Assembly: GCA_965242525.1 (NCBI GenBank)
Contig: OZ251459.1
Coordinates: 3,360,001 to 3,424,000 of the forward strand
DNA from: an uncultured Candidatus Binatia bacterium
Lineage (GTDB): Bacteria; Desulfobacterota; Binatia; UBA9968; JAJDTQ01
Length of the DNA: 64,000 nucleotides
Direction: 5' to 3'
Of this stretch, positions 29,644-39,733 are shown one piece after another. The notes below the pieces were generated by a model that searched no databases, was not told the DNA's origin, and saw only the letters and a list, made by a program, of their open reading frames with translations. Within the stretch, counting starts at the first letter, position 1; the number at the start of each line of letters is the position of its first letter. A program made the translations under genes and the position numbers.

Positions 29644-30507
29644 TCAGGCGTTGGCGATGGCGCGCTCCAGCGCGCGCCGGACGAACACCGCGGCCATCTG
29701 GGTCTTGTAGGACGCGGATCCCCGGAAGTCGCTCACCGGGTCGGTGGCTTCCCTGGCCTTCTCCCCGGCTTCCCGAAGCCCCTCGGGCTTCACCGGCTGG
29801 CCCCGGAGCACGGCCTCGGCGTCCGCGGCGCGCACCGGCGTGGTGTTGACGCTGCCCATGGCGATGCGCACGTCCTCGATCGTGGTCTTGCCCGGGTCCA
29901 GGGTCACCACCGCGGCTGCGCTGACCGTGGCGTAGTCGTCCGCGGAGCGCGGCAGGAACTTGAGGTAGGCCCCGCCGCTGTGGGCGGGCATCAACGGCAC
30001 GTTGACGCCGCTCAGGACCTCGTCCGGCTCCAGCACGGTCTCGTAGTAGTCTCTGAAGAAGTCTTCGGCCGCTACCGTCCGGCTGCCGCGGGAGGAACTC
30101 AACTCGAAGGAGGCGCCCAGGGCGATGAGCGACGGCGGCGGGTCCTGGTTGGGGTCCGCGTGGGCGAGGCCGCCCCCCACCGTGGCCATGGTGCGCACCC
30201 GCTGGGTGGCCACGTGGTGGTAGGTCTCGGCCAGCATGGGCAGCTTCTCCTGCACCACCGGGGAGGCGTCCAGGGCGGCGTGGCTCATGAGGCCGCCGAT
30301 GTGCACGCTGCCGTCGTTCTCGGACACGCCGCCCAGGTCCGACACGTTGCGGAGGCTGATGACGCACGCGGGCTGCACGAGCTGCTGCTTCATCATGATG
30401 ACCAGGGCGGTGCCGCCGGCGATCAGCTTGCCGTCGGGTCCCAGCTCCTTCAGGGCCGCGTGGGCCTCTTCGAGGCTTCCCGGAGTACGGTAATCGAAAG
30501 CGATCAT
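29644..30507 (-). CDS. Molybdenum hydroxylase FAD-binding (medium) subunit
   Basis: IAGGTAL, VRTMATVGGGLAHADP, DFRGSASYK. ATG at 30507. Confidence 0.9.
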   Translation of the reverse strand: MIAFDYRTPGSLEEAHAALKELGPDGKLIAGGTALVIMMKQQLVQPACVISLRNVSDLGGVSENDGSVHIGGLMSHAALDASPVVQEKLPMLAETYHHVATQRVRTMATVGGGLAHADPNQDPPPSLIALGASFELSSSRGSRTVAAEDFFRDYYETVLEPDEVLSGVNVPLMPAHSGGAYLKFLPRSADDYATVSAAAVVTLDPGKTTIEDVRIAMGSVNTTPVRAADAEAVLRGQPVKPEGLREAGEKAREATDPVSDFRGSASYKTQMAAVFVRRALERAIANA

Positions 30508-30986
30508 TCCTCGACCCCTTGCCCGGCGAACTCGTGCGCCTTCTCGATGGATTCGATGATCTTGTAGTAGCCGGTGCAGCGGCACAGGTTGCCCATCATC
30601 CAGTCCTTGATATCTTCCTCGTTGGGCCGGGGGTTGCGGTCCAGCAAGGCCTTGGCCGCCACCACCTGGCCGGGGGTGCAGATGCCGCACTGGAAGCCGC
30701 CGTAGCGGATGAAGCTCTGCTGCACCGGATGGAGCTCGCCGTCCCGGGCCAGCCCTTCCACCGTGGTCACGTCGTGCCCGTCGGCAAAGACCGCCAGGGC
30801 CAGGCACGAGCTCACCATCTCGCCGTCCATGAGCACCGTGCACGCGCCGCACACGCCGACGCTGCACCCTTCCTTGGTTCCGGTGAGGCCCAGGTCGTAC
30901 CGGAGCACGTCCACCAGCAAGCGGTTGGTGGGCACGTCCAGTTCGTGCTCCGTCCCGTTGACGCGAAACTTGATCTTCTTGTCCAT
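30504..30986 (-). CDS. Molybdenum hydroxylase 2x[2Fe-2S] (small) subunit
   Basis: GTKEGCSVGVCGACTV, QCGICTPG, GNLCRCTGY. Confidence 0.93.
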   Translation of the reverse strand: MDKKIKFRVNGTEHELDVPTNRLLVDVLRYDLGLTGTKEGCSVGVCGACTVLMDGEMVSSCLALAVFADGHDVTTVEGLARDGELHPVQQSFIRYGGFQCGICTPGQVVAAKALLDRNPRPNEEDIKDWMMGNLCRCTGYYKIIESIEKAHEFAGQGVEE

Positions 30987-31164
30987 GAAATCCGTCTCCG
31001 ATCGTGGGGTTTGTTGCTCGGAGGGTCTGGGGATACCCGAAAAGCCGCTCCGTTATAGGAAGAATCAAGGCAAAGTGCAAGCAAGGCTCCGGGGCTTGGC
31101 TCCCCGCTTCGTTCCGGCGTCCCCGGAGCGCATGCGTCCCGCCGCAGGGGGTGGAACGGGCGGT

Positions 31165-31746
31165 TCAGGCGCTTTCCACGGGCTTGTCCATGAACCGGCC
31201 GATGCGCTGCGCGAGGTCTTCCAGCCGTTTGCCGCCGCCCCGGTCCAGCAGCACCGAACGCGAGTCGGACAGGAGCAGGCGGAGCGAGCGGGCCGGAAAG
31301 GACTTGCGCCCTGCGGTGGAGCCGGCCACGGCGTAGCCGCTGTAAACCTGGTCGTCGGCGAGCTTCAGGCCCCGGACCTCGTGGAAGTCCAGGGTCAACC
31401 GGCGCCGCCCCAGCAGGCTGGCGCGGGTCATATGGACCTTGCCCGCGCGCCGGTCGATGCGGATGGCGCGCTTGAGCGTGAGCAGGAACAGGGCAACCCC
31501 GAAGAGGACGGCGTTCATGGCCGGGAAGTACCACAGGTTCCCCACCGGGCTGTGGAGACCCTGGGCGCGGATGGCCTGGAACACCGGCGCCGACAGCAAC
31601 AGCAGCAGGACCGCGATGCCCAGGCACAGGGCCGCGGGGAAGCGTCCGCCGCGCCAGACCAAGCGGATCTCGTCCTCGCCCGCAGGTTCCGTGCGGAACC
31701 CCAGCCGGTTGCCGATGGACTCGAAGTGTCGCGGGTCGCCTGTCAT
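31165..31746 (-). CDS. Hypothetical membrane protein (two predicted TM helices)
   Basis: Two hydrophobic segments followed by a soluble domain; codon pattern matches the host. Confidence 0.6.
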   Translation of the reverse strand: MTGDPRHFESIGNRLGFRTEPAGEDEIRLVWRGGRFPAALCLGIAVLLLLLSAPVFQAIRAQGLHSPVGNLWYFPAMNAVLFGVALFLLTLKRAIRIDRRAGKVHMTRASLLGRRRLTLDFHEVRGLKLADDQVYSGYAVAGSTAGRKSFPARSLRLLLSDSRSVLLDRGGGKRLEDLAQRIGRFMDKPVESA

Positions 31747-31788
31747 AGCGGTGACCGGCCCCGGGCCGCCCGCCGCGACCGGACCGGG

Positions 31789-31965
31789 CTATTGCTCCGG
31801 CTTGACCCCGTGCTTTTGCAGCGTCCGGTCGGAGCGGTCCCGGATATCCTGCTGCGCACCCCGGGCCTGGGCGCGGATCTTCTCGCCGCAGGTCTGGCAG
31901 ATGCCGCCGTTCAGCGGGGCGACCTTGGCGCACACCATGCAGCGCTCCCGTGGCTGCCTCTCCAT
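31789..31965 (-). CDS. Small CxxC..CxxC zinc-ribbon protein
   Basis: MERQPRERCMVC..GICQTCGEKIR, 58 aa. Confidence 0.55.
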   Translation of the reverse strand: MERQPRERCMVCAKVAPLNGGICQTCGEKIRAQARGAQQDIRDRSDRTLQKHGVKPEQ

Positions 31966-32003
31966 GGCACCGAGCTTAACCGAAAACACGGGACGAGAAA
32001 ACA

Positions 32004-32202
32004 GGCTCTTCCGGCTTTCGTGCGGGCAAGTTTCGTGTGGGCAAGGCAGGAGGGAAAGGGCCATGGGGTTTGCTCGCAAGGTCTGGATTCCCGCTTTCGC
32101 AGGAATGACGAGCGGGTGGGCTTTCGCGGGTATGACGAGGCGGGCTTTCGCAGGTATGACGGGATAGGGAGTGTCGCAACCCACACGAATTCCGGAAGCG
32201 CC
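32004..32202. mobile_element. Internally deleted MITE family C copy
   Basis: Both terminal repeats are present. 32068-32202 matches 12501-12634. No clear target duplication. Confidence 0.7.
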
Positions 32203-32280
32203 CCGAAAGATACCGGACCGGCCGGCGGCTCGACCCGGTGCGGACCTTCCCCCGGTCGGGAAGCCGGTCGCAGGGACGGG

Positions 32281-32775
32281 TCAGGGCAGCGGCTCGATCT
32301 GGCGCGGACCCTCCAGGATCATTTGCAGCCCGTACTTGGGATCGTCCCTGACCGTGCCCGTGAGCTCCACCTCCTGTCCCTGGAACCGGTCCGGATGGGC
32401 GTCCTCGCGCAGGAAGGAATCCACCGCGGACGAGAATATGACCGCGGTGAAGGCGGACCGGGACGGGCCGAAGTCCAGGAAGTAGGTGTTGCTCCTGGAC
32501 GAGTGCCCCACGCGGAAGACCCGTCCCCGGACCCGCGCCCGCGTCCCTGCAAGCTCCCGGAGCCGCTCCACCTCCACCACGTCCACCACCGGCAGCTCAG
32601 CCGTGACTGTGGATTCGAGGGCCGAAACGCCGGACGGAAAGCCGTCGCACGGCGGCGCGCCGGTCCAGAGCCGGTACGAGAAATGGCTCAGGGAACCGGA
32701 AAGGAACACCGCCAGCAGAAGCGCCGCGGACCGAACCGAAAGCCGCTTTTGGAATACCGAGAACCTGAACGCCAT
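32281..32775 (-). CDS. Exported OB-fold-like protein
   Basis: N-terminal hydrophobic helix, then VRGRVFRV..TYFLDFG..FTAVIF..VELTGTV..LQMIL. Confidence 0.6.
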   Translation of the reverse strand: MAFRFSVFQKRLSVRSAALLLAVFLSGSLSHFSYRLWTGAPPCDGFPSGVSALESTVTAELPVVDVVEVERLRELAGTRARVRGRVFRVGHSSRSNTYFLDFGPSRSAFTAVIFSSAVDSFLREDAHPDRFQGQEVELTGTVRDDPKYGLQMILEGPRQIEPLP

Positions 32776-32824
32776 GACCCGACTCCCTGGAATAGGGAAT
32801 CGGCGTGACGGCGGGGATCTTTAG
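32763..32824. repeat. 62-bp direct repeat, copy 1 (hairpin-forming leader)
   Basis: Near-identical to 33563-33624, exactly 800 bp away. Confidence 0.85.
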
Positions 32825-32842
32825 GGAGTTATCCGGCAAAAT

Positions 32843-32996
32843 AGATTCCCGCTTTCGCGGGAATGACGGGGGCAGGCGTCTGCGGCATGACGGGGCGAGC
32901 GTCCGCGGGAATGCCGGCCTGAGTGTCCTCGGGAATGACGGCGTGACCCCTGTCGCCCCCCTTCTCCTGCCTTACCCACACGAAAGCCCGAAGGCC
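32843..32996 (-). mobile_element. Partial inverted MITE family C copy with family B palindrome
   Basis: Reverse complement matches 12192-12313, including short degenerate tandem units. Confidence 0.65.
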
Positions 32997-33012
32997 CAGC
33001 CCAGCCAAGCGG

Positions 33013-33330
33013 CTAACTGGCCACTGTCGGGGAGAGCCTCAGCACGGCAATAGCAATGGTGGCGGCCAGTCCCATGCCTCCGATGATTCCCCCCAACCAC
33101 CATACCTTGAGTTTTTGGAGGTCTTCCTTGGTAGCAAAGTACTGTATATGGGTTTCAAAGTGCTGCAAATGGGTTTCGAGTTTCTGCAGGTCTTCCTTGG
33201 TAGCGAGGTACCGGAAGTGGGTTTCCAGTCTCGTGAGCCGATTTTCCAGACCATCGCTGACCCCCCTGCTGCCGCTCTCCGCTGCGGGCGGGTCAGGAGG
33301 AGCCTTGAAATCCGGGTTGGCGCTCATCAC
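33013..33330 (-). CDS. Small coiled-coil protein with duplicated ATKEDL motif and C-terminal TM helix
   Basis: ETHFRYLATKEDLQK and ETHIQYFATKEDLQK repeats, then WWLGGIIGGMGLAATIAIAVL. Confidence 0.65.
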   Translation of the reverse strand: MMSANPDFKAPPDPPAAESGSRGVSDGLENRLTRLETHFRYLATKEDLQKLETHLQHFETHIQYFATKEDLQKLKVWWLGGIIGGMGLAATIAIAVLRLSPTVAS

Positions 33331-33562
33331 TGTTTCTCCATGTCCTTATGCCAGTCCTGCCGAGGCACGGCCTTCTCCCTTCGTCCCAAAGAACCGACCA
33401 CCGCCAGCCGAGCGCAGCCGGTTTGGTTTTTCTCCCGACCGCCCATGCAGGTCTCACTCTACTGCAACGGGACCCTGGAATGCAACGTTTTCCGCACTCC
33501 ACAAGGCTATCGTTCCGTCGTTCCCTTGCATACGGGACAGGGTATCAGGACAACTTCCAGGG

Positions 33563-33624
33563 ACCTGGACGCCATGACCCGACTCCCTGGAACAGGGAAT
33601 CGGCGTGACGGCGGGATTCTTTAG
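33563..33624. repeat. 62-bp direct repeat, copy 2
   Basis: Matches 32763-32824. Confidence 0.85.
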
Positions 33625-33696
33625 CGATTCTTCGACAGGGTTCCCTCGGCGACCCGTACGTCCGGACGCTCCGGGCAGGCGCCGCGCCCGGCCCGT

Positions 33697-35025
33697 TCAG
33701 GGCAGGCACATTTCGAGGATGAGCCGCTCCATGGCGGCCTGGGGTTCGACGCCGGAGGACTTGAGGCGGGCGTCGGTCTCCCGGACCAGGCGGAGGAAAA
33801 CCCTGAGCTTGGGGAGGGGGAACTTCTCGGCTCGCTGCAACGTCAGGTAGTTGGCGTAGGGGCTCTTGGTGGGCATTCCTTCGGTGTCCGCAGGCACCTG
33901 CTGCTGGAACTGGGCAAAGGACATGGACCGGCGCCAGACTCCGGCCAACTCGTGGTCGAGGAGTTGGCGGGCGCTGAGGAGGCGGCGCACTTGGCTGGCG
34001 ATGGCCCCCAGCACCCGCAGCGGGTACTCGCCGTTGGCCAGGAGGCGCCTGAGAAAGCCCAGGGACTGAAGCGCGTCCCTCCGTCCCAGGGAATCGGTCA
34101 GGTCGAACACCCAGCTCTCCGACTGGTCGATGAAGACCTCGTCCACGTCGGACGGGCCCACGGTGTCGGAGTCCCCCACGTACAGGAGCAGCTTCTCGAT
34201 CTCCTGCTGGACCGTCCATAGCTCGTTGCCGCACCGGGACAGCAGGGTCTCCCGGGCCCGGGGGTCGATGCGCTTGCGCGCCTGCCGAAGGCCCTGGTCC
34301 AGGAACGCGGCCAGGAACTCGCGGCGGATGCGCCCGCTCCGGTCCCGCTCCACCCCGAGATCGACGACGCAGCCGTTGCGGCCCAACTGCTTGTAGGCGC
34401 GTCCGCGCTTGTCCACCTGGGAGGCCAGCAGCAGCAGGCGGCAACCGTCGGGCAACCCTCGCTCCAGCAGTTGCAGGATCCGGCCCTGCTCGTCGGCCTT
34501 GGGGTTGCCCAAAGGGAGCTTCTGTTCGCGGCAATACTGCCACACCGCCTGGACCTCCCGCGCGCGGGTCCGGTAGTCCTTGAGGGTTTGGGCGAGCTCC
34601 GACGGGTCCTGCGCCTCCTGCCACTGCTCCCGCGTCCAGCCCTCCGAACGCAGCAACGCCATGAAGGCGCGTCCGCTCTCGTCCCTCTGCCCCTCCTCCC
34701 AGAGGCCCAGCGACTTCTCGAGCAGGTCCGTCTTCCGTTCCGCGGGGGCGAACCAGGGGACGGACTCCACCACCACCGTGCACGTGGGGGCGAACAGGGA
34801 CGGGGTCAGGAGGGCGGCTTCGATGTCCGCCCACGGAGCGGTCCGCGCGTCGAACCTCGACGTGTCGAGGCCGCGTTCCGAATCCGGGGCGACGACCTTC
34901 AGCACCGCCCGGCTCGTGCTGCGGACGCGGTACTCGTCCCCGTGGAGCAGGATGACGGACGGCCCCTTTCCTTCGCGAAGGCTCTGCAGGAGCGTCCTTG
35001 CGCCGTCGGTGGCGGCTGCGGCCAT
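33697..35025 (-). CDS. holA: DNA polymerase III delta subunit
   Basis: ILLHGDEY, LLTPSLFA, QEIEKLLLY, VFDLTD, ETDARLKSS..MERLILEMC. Confidence 0.8.
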   Translation of the reverse strand: MAAAATDGARTLLQSLREGKGPSVILLHGDEYRVRSTSRAVLKVVAPDSERGLDTSRFDARTAPWADIEAALLTPSLFAPTCTVVVESVPWFAPAERKTDLLEKSLGLWEEGQRDESGRAFMALLRSEGWTREQWQEAQDPSELAQTLKDYRTRAREVQAVWQYCREQKLPLGNPKADEQGRILQLLERGLPDGCRLLLLASQVDKRGRAYKQLGRNGCVVDLGVERDRSGRIRREFLAAFLDQGLRQARKRIDPRARETLLSRCGNELWTVQQEIEKLLLYVGDSDTVGPSDVDEVFIDQSESWVFDLTDSLGRRDALQSLGFLRRLLANGEYPLRVLGAIASQVRRLLSARQLLDHELAGVWRRSMSFAQFQQQVPADTEGMPTKSPYANYLTLQRAEKFPLPKLRVFLRLVRETDARLKSSGVEPQAAMERLILEMCLP

Positions 35026-35029
35026 GGGG

Positions 35030-35227
35030 TCAGCGCCTCGACACCCACATCTGGTTCTTGTCGTTCCAGACGTAGTCCGATTTCCACACCTTCAGACCCA
35101 CCGTGAAGTCGCCGCCGGACCTCGACAGGAAGACTTTCTGGGTCGAATGGGGGATGTCCACCCTGGCCACCAGCATGACCTGCTTGTTCAAGTCCCGCCG
35201 CACCAGCACTCGGTCCCCCACCTCCAT
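35030..35227 (-). CDS. Small hypothetical protein
   Basis: MEVGDRVLVRRDLNKQ..., 65 aa, ends just upstream of the holA start. Confidence 0.55.
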   Translation of the reverse strand: MEVGDRVLVRRDLNKQVMLVARVDIPHSTQKVFLSRSGGDFTVGLKVWKSDYVWNDKNQMWVSRR

Positions 35228-35545
35228 GGCGGTACGCTGTACCCTGGCTCGCCTCACACCCCGAAGGGTAACACCGGCGGCCCGGCCGCGCAATTTCACC
35301 GGAGGCGCCCGCGGCCGTAAACGCGGCTGCGACCGCGGCTTGACAACCATACGGCGCTTCTCTATGAGGATAGGGGCGGGGCCGCCGGACGCTTGGGCCG
35401 GCGGCGGAGTCCGCACGGACCGTCCGGTCCGAGGGGCCACGCAGGACCCGCCCGCCGCATCCATTCCTGCCGTTGGAGACAGAGAGCGTAGCGCTGGGGA
35501 ACCTGCGCCGGATCGGTCCCCGGGACCGGGATCAGGAGGCCGTCG

Positions 35546-36493
35546 ATGCGTTTCGTCACTTACAACTTCCAGAGGGAGAACCGTCTCGGCCTGATGACCG
35601 GCGAGGACCAGATCATGGACCTCCGGCAGGTCAGCAAGCGCTATCTGCCGGGGTCCGCGGCCTCGTACCTGGACAGCATGCAGGCGTTCCTCGACGCCGG
35701 CGCCAAGGCGTTGCAAACCGCCAGGAAAGCGGCCCGCTACGTGGAGGAGCTGGATTCCAAGGGCGTCCGACGGCTCGCCCAGATTGACGTCCTGGTGAAG
35801 CGCAACCGCGCCCGGCTGTTGTCGCCCATCCCCGCGCCGCGAAAGAACGTCATCTGCCTGGGGGTGAACTACCAGGAGCACATCGACGAGGGCGACCGGG
35901 TCCGGGACGTGAAACTCGACACGCCCCAGGCCCCGGTGTTCTTCACCAAGCCGGCCACCGCGGTCATCGGGGACCAGGGCCGGGTGCTGGCCCATTCGGC
36001 CACCGACAAGATCGACTGGGAGGTGGAGTTGGCCGTGGTCATCGGCCGCAAGGGCAGGAACATCCCCCGGGCCAAGGCCAACGACTACGTCTTCGGTTAC
36101 ACCGTCTGCCTGGACATGACCGCCCGGGACCTCCAGCGCCGCCACCTCCAGTGGTTCAAGGGCAAGGCCCTGGACACTTTCTGCCCCCTGGGTCCCTGCA
36201 TCGTGCACAAGAGCGCCATGCCCGACCCGCAGAACGTCAGGCTCCAGTGCCGCGTCAACGGCGAGACCATGCAGGACGGCAACAGCCGGGACATGATCTT
36301 CGACATCCCCACCACCATCGAGCAGCTTTCCCATGGCATGACACTGGAACCCGGCGACGTCATCAGCACGGGAACCCCGTCGGGGGTGGGTTTCGCCCGC
36401 ACGCCGCCCGTTTTCCTCCACCCCGGGGACAAAGTGGAAGGGGAAGTGGAGGGCGTCGGCGTGCTCGAAGTCAAGATCGCCGCGGCCCGTTAG
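35546..36493 (+). CDS. Fumarylacetoacetate hydrolase family protein
   Basis: ICLGVNYQEH, FFTKP, DWEVELAVVIG, DMTARDLQ, GDVISTGTPSGVG. Confidence 0.92.
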   Translation: MRFVTYNFQRENRLGLMTGEDQIMDLRQVSKRYLPGSAASYLDSMQAFLDAGAKALQTARKAARYVEELDSKGVRRLAQIDVLVKRNRARLLSPIPAPRKNVICLGVNYQEHIDEGDRVRDVKLDTPQAPVFFTKPATAVIGDQGRVLAHSATDKIDWEVELAVVIGRKGRNIPRAKANDYVFGYTVCLDMTARDLQRRHLQWFKGKALDTFCPLGPCIVHKSAMPDPQNVRLQCRVNGETMQDGNSRDMIFDIPTTIEQLSHGMTLEPGDVISTGTPSGVGFARTPPVFLHPGDKVEGEVEGVGVLEVKIAAAR

Positions 36494-36537
36494 CGGGGCC
36501 GGCAGGTCCCGTCGGACGCGGGTTCCGAGAGCTCCCC

Positions 36538-36738
36538 GTGGTCATCCGCATCAACGGCAAAGACAGCGAGGTGGCGGCCGACATCAGCGTCGCCCGACTG
36601 CTGGAGGACCTGGAGTTGCGGCCCGGGCGCGTGGTGGTGGAGCTCAACGCCCGGGTGCTCTCGCGCGACGCCCACGGCGCCACGCGCCTCGAGCAGGGGG
36701 ACGAGGTGGAGATCGTCCACTTCGTGGGCGGTGGATAG
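36538..36738 (+). CDS. thiS: Sulfur carrier protein ThiS
   Basis: IRINGK..VVVELN..GDEVEIVHFVGGG ending in GG; upstream of thiG. Confidence 0.92.
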   Translation: MVIRINGKDSEVAADISVARLLEDLELRPGRVVVELNARVLSRDAHGATRLEQGDEVEIVHFVGGG

Positions 36739-36744
36739 AGAACC

Positions 36745-37554
36745 ATGACCGATCCCGTATCCCAAGGCCCGGGGGCGGCGCCCTCCGATGGCCTGCGTCT
36801 GGCCGGGAGGGAGTACCGCTCCCGGTTGATCGTCGGCACGGGCAAGTACCGCGACTTCGAGGAAACCCGCAAGGCCATCGAGGCTTCCGGGGCCGAGATC
36901 GTGACGGTGGCGGTCCGGCGCGTCAACGTGGTCGATCTGGACCGGGAGAACCTGCTCGACTACCTGGATCCCGCCAAGTTCACCATCCTCCCCAACACCG
37001 CGGGCTGCCATACCCCGGACGAAGCCGTGCGGACCTGCCGCCTGGCCCGGGAAGCGGGGGTCGGCAGCATGATCAAGCTCGAAGTCATCGGCGACGACAG
37101 GACGCTCTTCCCCGACACCCCGGGCACCCTCGAAGCCGCGCGGCTGCTGGTGGAGGACGGCTTTACGGTGCTGCCGTACATCAGCGACGACGTGGTCACC
37201 GCCCGGAAGCTCGAAGACATGGGCTGCGCCGCGGTGATGCCCCTGGCCGCGCCCATCGGCTCCGGCCTGGGTATCCGCAACCCCTACAACATCCGCATCA
37301 TCCAGGAGAACGTCTCCATCCCGGTCATCGTGGATGCGGGGGTGGGGACCGCCTCCGACGCCGCCATCGTCATGGAGATGGGCTGCGACGGCGTGCTCAT
37401 GAACACGGCCATCGCCGGGGCCCGGGACCCGGTTCTCATGGCCGACGCCATGAAGCTCGCGGTGGAGGCCGGGCGCAAGGCGTTCCTGGCCGGGCGCATC
37501 CCCAGGAAGCTCTACGCCACCGCGTCGAGTCCCATCGAAGGACTCCTCGCCTGA
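36745..37554 (+). CDS. thiG: Thiazole synthase
   Basis: [38 protein letters not shown]. Confidence 0.96.
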   Translation: MTDPVSQGPGAAPSDGLRLAGREYRSRLIVGTGKYRDFEETRKAIEASGAEIVTVAVRRVNVVDLDRENLLDYLDPAKFTILPNTAGCHTPDEAVRTCRLAREAGVGSMIKLEVIGDDRTLFPDTPGTLEAARLLVEDGFTVLPYISDDVVTARKLEDMGCAAVMPLAAPIGSGLGIRNPYNIRIIQENVSIPVIVDAGVGTASDAAIVMEMGCDGVLMNTAIAGARDPVLMADAMKLAVEAGRKAFLAGRIPRKLYATASSPIEGLLA

Positions 37555-37587
37555 CCGGCGTCCCGCGGGGAACGTCGGGCCGGACCC

Positions 37588-38259
37588 TTGAGAGCCGTCG
37601 ATTTCGACCTGTACCTCGTCACCGACCGCAAGGCCACCGCGGGCCGGGACCTGCTGTGGGTGCTGGAGCAGGCGTTGGAGGGCGGAGTCCGGGCGGTGCA
37701 ACTGCGGGAAAAGGACCTGGGCGGGCGGGCGCTGCTGGAGCTCGCGCGAGAAGTGAAGCGGCTGTGCGACGGCTACGGCGCCGAGCTCTTCGTCAACGAC
37801 CGCGTGGACGTGGCTTTGGCCGCGGACGCCGCGGGCGTGCACCTGGCCGCGGACTCCATGCCCGCGGCGACGGCCCGGGCGCTCCTCGGCGCGGACCGCA
37901 AGATCGGCGTGTCCACCCACTCCCCCGCGGAGGTCCGCGCCGCGGCCCGGGCGGGCGCAGACTTCGTGGTCTTCGGACCGGTGTTCGCCACCCCGTCCAA
38001 GACGCGGTTCGGCGACCCCCAGGGACCCGCGGCCCTCGGGGCCGTCACGGACGGCGCGCAACTGCCGGTCTTCGCCATCGGCGGCGTCACCGAGCGCAAC
38101 CTGCCCGAGATCAAGGCCGCCGGCACGGACCGGGTCGCCCTGGTCTCCGCGGTATCGGAGGCGCCCGACCCCAAGGCCGCGGCCCGGCGCCTCCTGGCGG
38201 CGTTGCGGGTCCGGGACCCGGCCAAGGAAACTCGGAACAACGATTCCCGTTCGCCCTAA
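37588..38259 (+). CDS. thiE: Thiamine phosphate synthase
   Basis: LYLVTD, VQLREK, VNDRVDVA, GVSTH, GPVFATPSK, FAIGG. Confidence 0.92.
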   Translation: MRAVDFDLYLVTDRKATAGRDLLWVLEQALEGGVRAVQLREKDLGGRALLELAREVKRLCDGYGAELFVNDRVDVALAADAAGVHLAADSMPAATARALLGADRKIGVSTHSPAEVRAAARAGADFVVFGPVFATPSKTRFGDPQGPAALGAVTDGAQLPVFAIGGVTERNLPEIKAAGTDRVALVSAVSEAPDPKAAARRLLAALRVRDPAKETRNNDSRSP

Positions 38260-38317
38260 GCGTAGCGTAGCGAAGTTCCCCGTTCATCCTGAGCGTAGCA
38301 AAGCGAAGTCGAAGGAC
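38247..38317 (+). repeat. Two tandem family A repeats
   Basis: Partial copy 38247-38276 and full copy 38280-38317. Confidence 0.8.
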
Positions 38318-38458
38318 GTGCTCTTCCACAGCGAGAAGGAGCCCAAGCCGGAATGGATCAGAAGTTCCCTGAGCATTCGAGCCCCGGGACACCGGCCCAA
38401 GGCTGCCCGGAAACGTGACGCGGCCTGCCGCGGGTGACCGGAGAAAGGGAGGGAATCA

Positions 38459-39259
38459 ATGAGGGATCTCGGACTCCAGGGCAAGGTGGTCCTCATCACC
38501 GGCGGCGCCGGGGTGCTGGGCAGCGCTTTCGCGCAAGGGTTCATCGACCACGGCGCCAGGGTCGCAGTCAACGACCTCAGGGAAGAGAAGGCGCTGGAAT
38601 GCATCGACCGGCTCACCGGCCCGGCCGTGGAGGCCATCCCCGCCCCTGGCGACGTGTCGGACGACGCCGACGTGGCGCGGATGGCGACGGGGGTGGTGGA
38701 ACGCTACGGCGCCATCGACGTGCTGGTCAACGCCGCGGCCGTGCAGATCTATCCGCCCAAGACCCTGAGCGAGATGGAGCCCGGCGAGTGGGACTTCGTG
38801 CTGGACATCTGCCTCAAGGCCGCCTACCTGTGCGCGCGCCACGTGGCGCCGGTGATGAAACGGCAGGGAGCCGGCAAGATCGTCAACATCGCGTCCATCG
38901 CCGGTCACCGGGGCACGGCCGGAGGCTCGGCCTACAGCGCGGCCAAGGGCGGAGTGGTGATGCTCACCCGGCAGATGGCCGTGGAACTGGGGCCGGACAA
39001 CATCAACGTGAACTCCGTGAGTCCGGGCTTCACGCCCAACCGCCTCACCACCGTTTACGAGTACGAGGCCCTGTCCAAGGGCGAGGGGAGGGGGCCCGAG
39101 CCTTCCCACGCCGCAGGCGAGTTCACCCCGCCGGCGCTGGGAAGGAAGGGCGAGGTCGAGGACTTCGTGGGTCCGGTGCTGTTCCTCGCCTCCCGCTGGG
39201 CCGACTACATCACCGGCGCCGACCTGCCCGTGGAGGGAGGCCGCATGGCCGCCCGGTAA
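38459..39259 (+). CDS. Short-chain dehydrogenase/reductase
   Basis: TGGAGVLG, NAA, YSAAK. Confidence 0.92.
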   Translation: MRDLGLQGKVVLITGGAGVLGSAFAQGFIDHGARVAVNDLREEKALECIDRLTGPAVEAIPAPGDVSDDADVARMATGVVERYGAIDVLVNAAAVQIYPPKTLSEMEPGEWDFVLDICLKAAYLCARHVAPVMKRQGAGKIVNIASIAGHRGTAGGSAYSAAKGGVVMLTRQMAVELGPDNINVNSVSPGFTPNRLTTVYEYEALSKGEGRGPEPSHAAGEFTPPALGRKGEVEDFVGPVLFLASRWADYITGADLPVEGGRMAAR

Positions 39260-39377
39260 CGCCCGCGGGAAGGGCCTCCACTGCCGCGGTACGGCTCCGC
39301 ACGCGCCGACGCTTGCCCACATGCGCGGCCAACTGTTAGATTGGCTGCTGACCCTTCCCCCAACGTCGTCCCTCCGG

Positions 39378-39453
<76 letters not shown>

Positions 39454-39667
39454 GCCTTTTCCGTTACTTGGTCCGAACTTCTCGAGTGGTGACGAGGTAA
39501 CTGATCGATTTGACCAAGTTTCATGCTGGGGGGTCACTGCTGTCCGGGATATTTCTCGTCAGTGTGCCGTAACCTGTCGTAGTCAAAGGGGAAAGCCTTC
39601 ATTTGGGCTGTCACCGACTTGAACGGCGCCAAGGATTCGAAGCACCCTCTTCCATGGAGACGAGCGC

Positions 39668-39705
39668 GCCCTTCGACTCCGCTTCGCTACGCTCAGGACG
39701 AACGG
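39668..39705 (-). repeat. Family A repeat
   Basis: Reverse-complement copy. Confidence 0.8.
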
Positions 39706-39733
39706 GGATGGAAGGTCACGTGAGGGAACGCCC

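Noticed and set aside
32844-32945. Short tandem units resembling a CRISPR array
   Set aside because: Units are degenerate and about 23 bp with no unique spacers, they belong to the MITE, and no cas genes are present.
35230-36540. TPP riboswitch upstream of thiS-thiG-thiE
   Set aside because: No CTGAGA..ACCTGA conserved core seen.
39454-39660. Integrative element at tRNA-Thr
   Set aside because: The stretch is AT-richer, but I found no integrase and no duplicated tRNA 3' end in the window.
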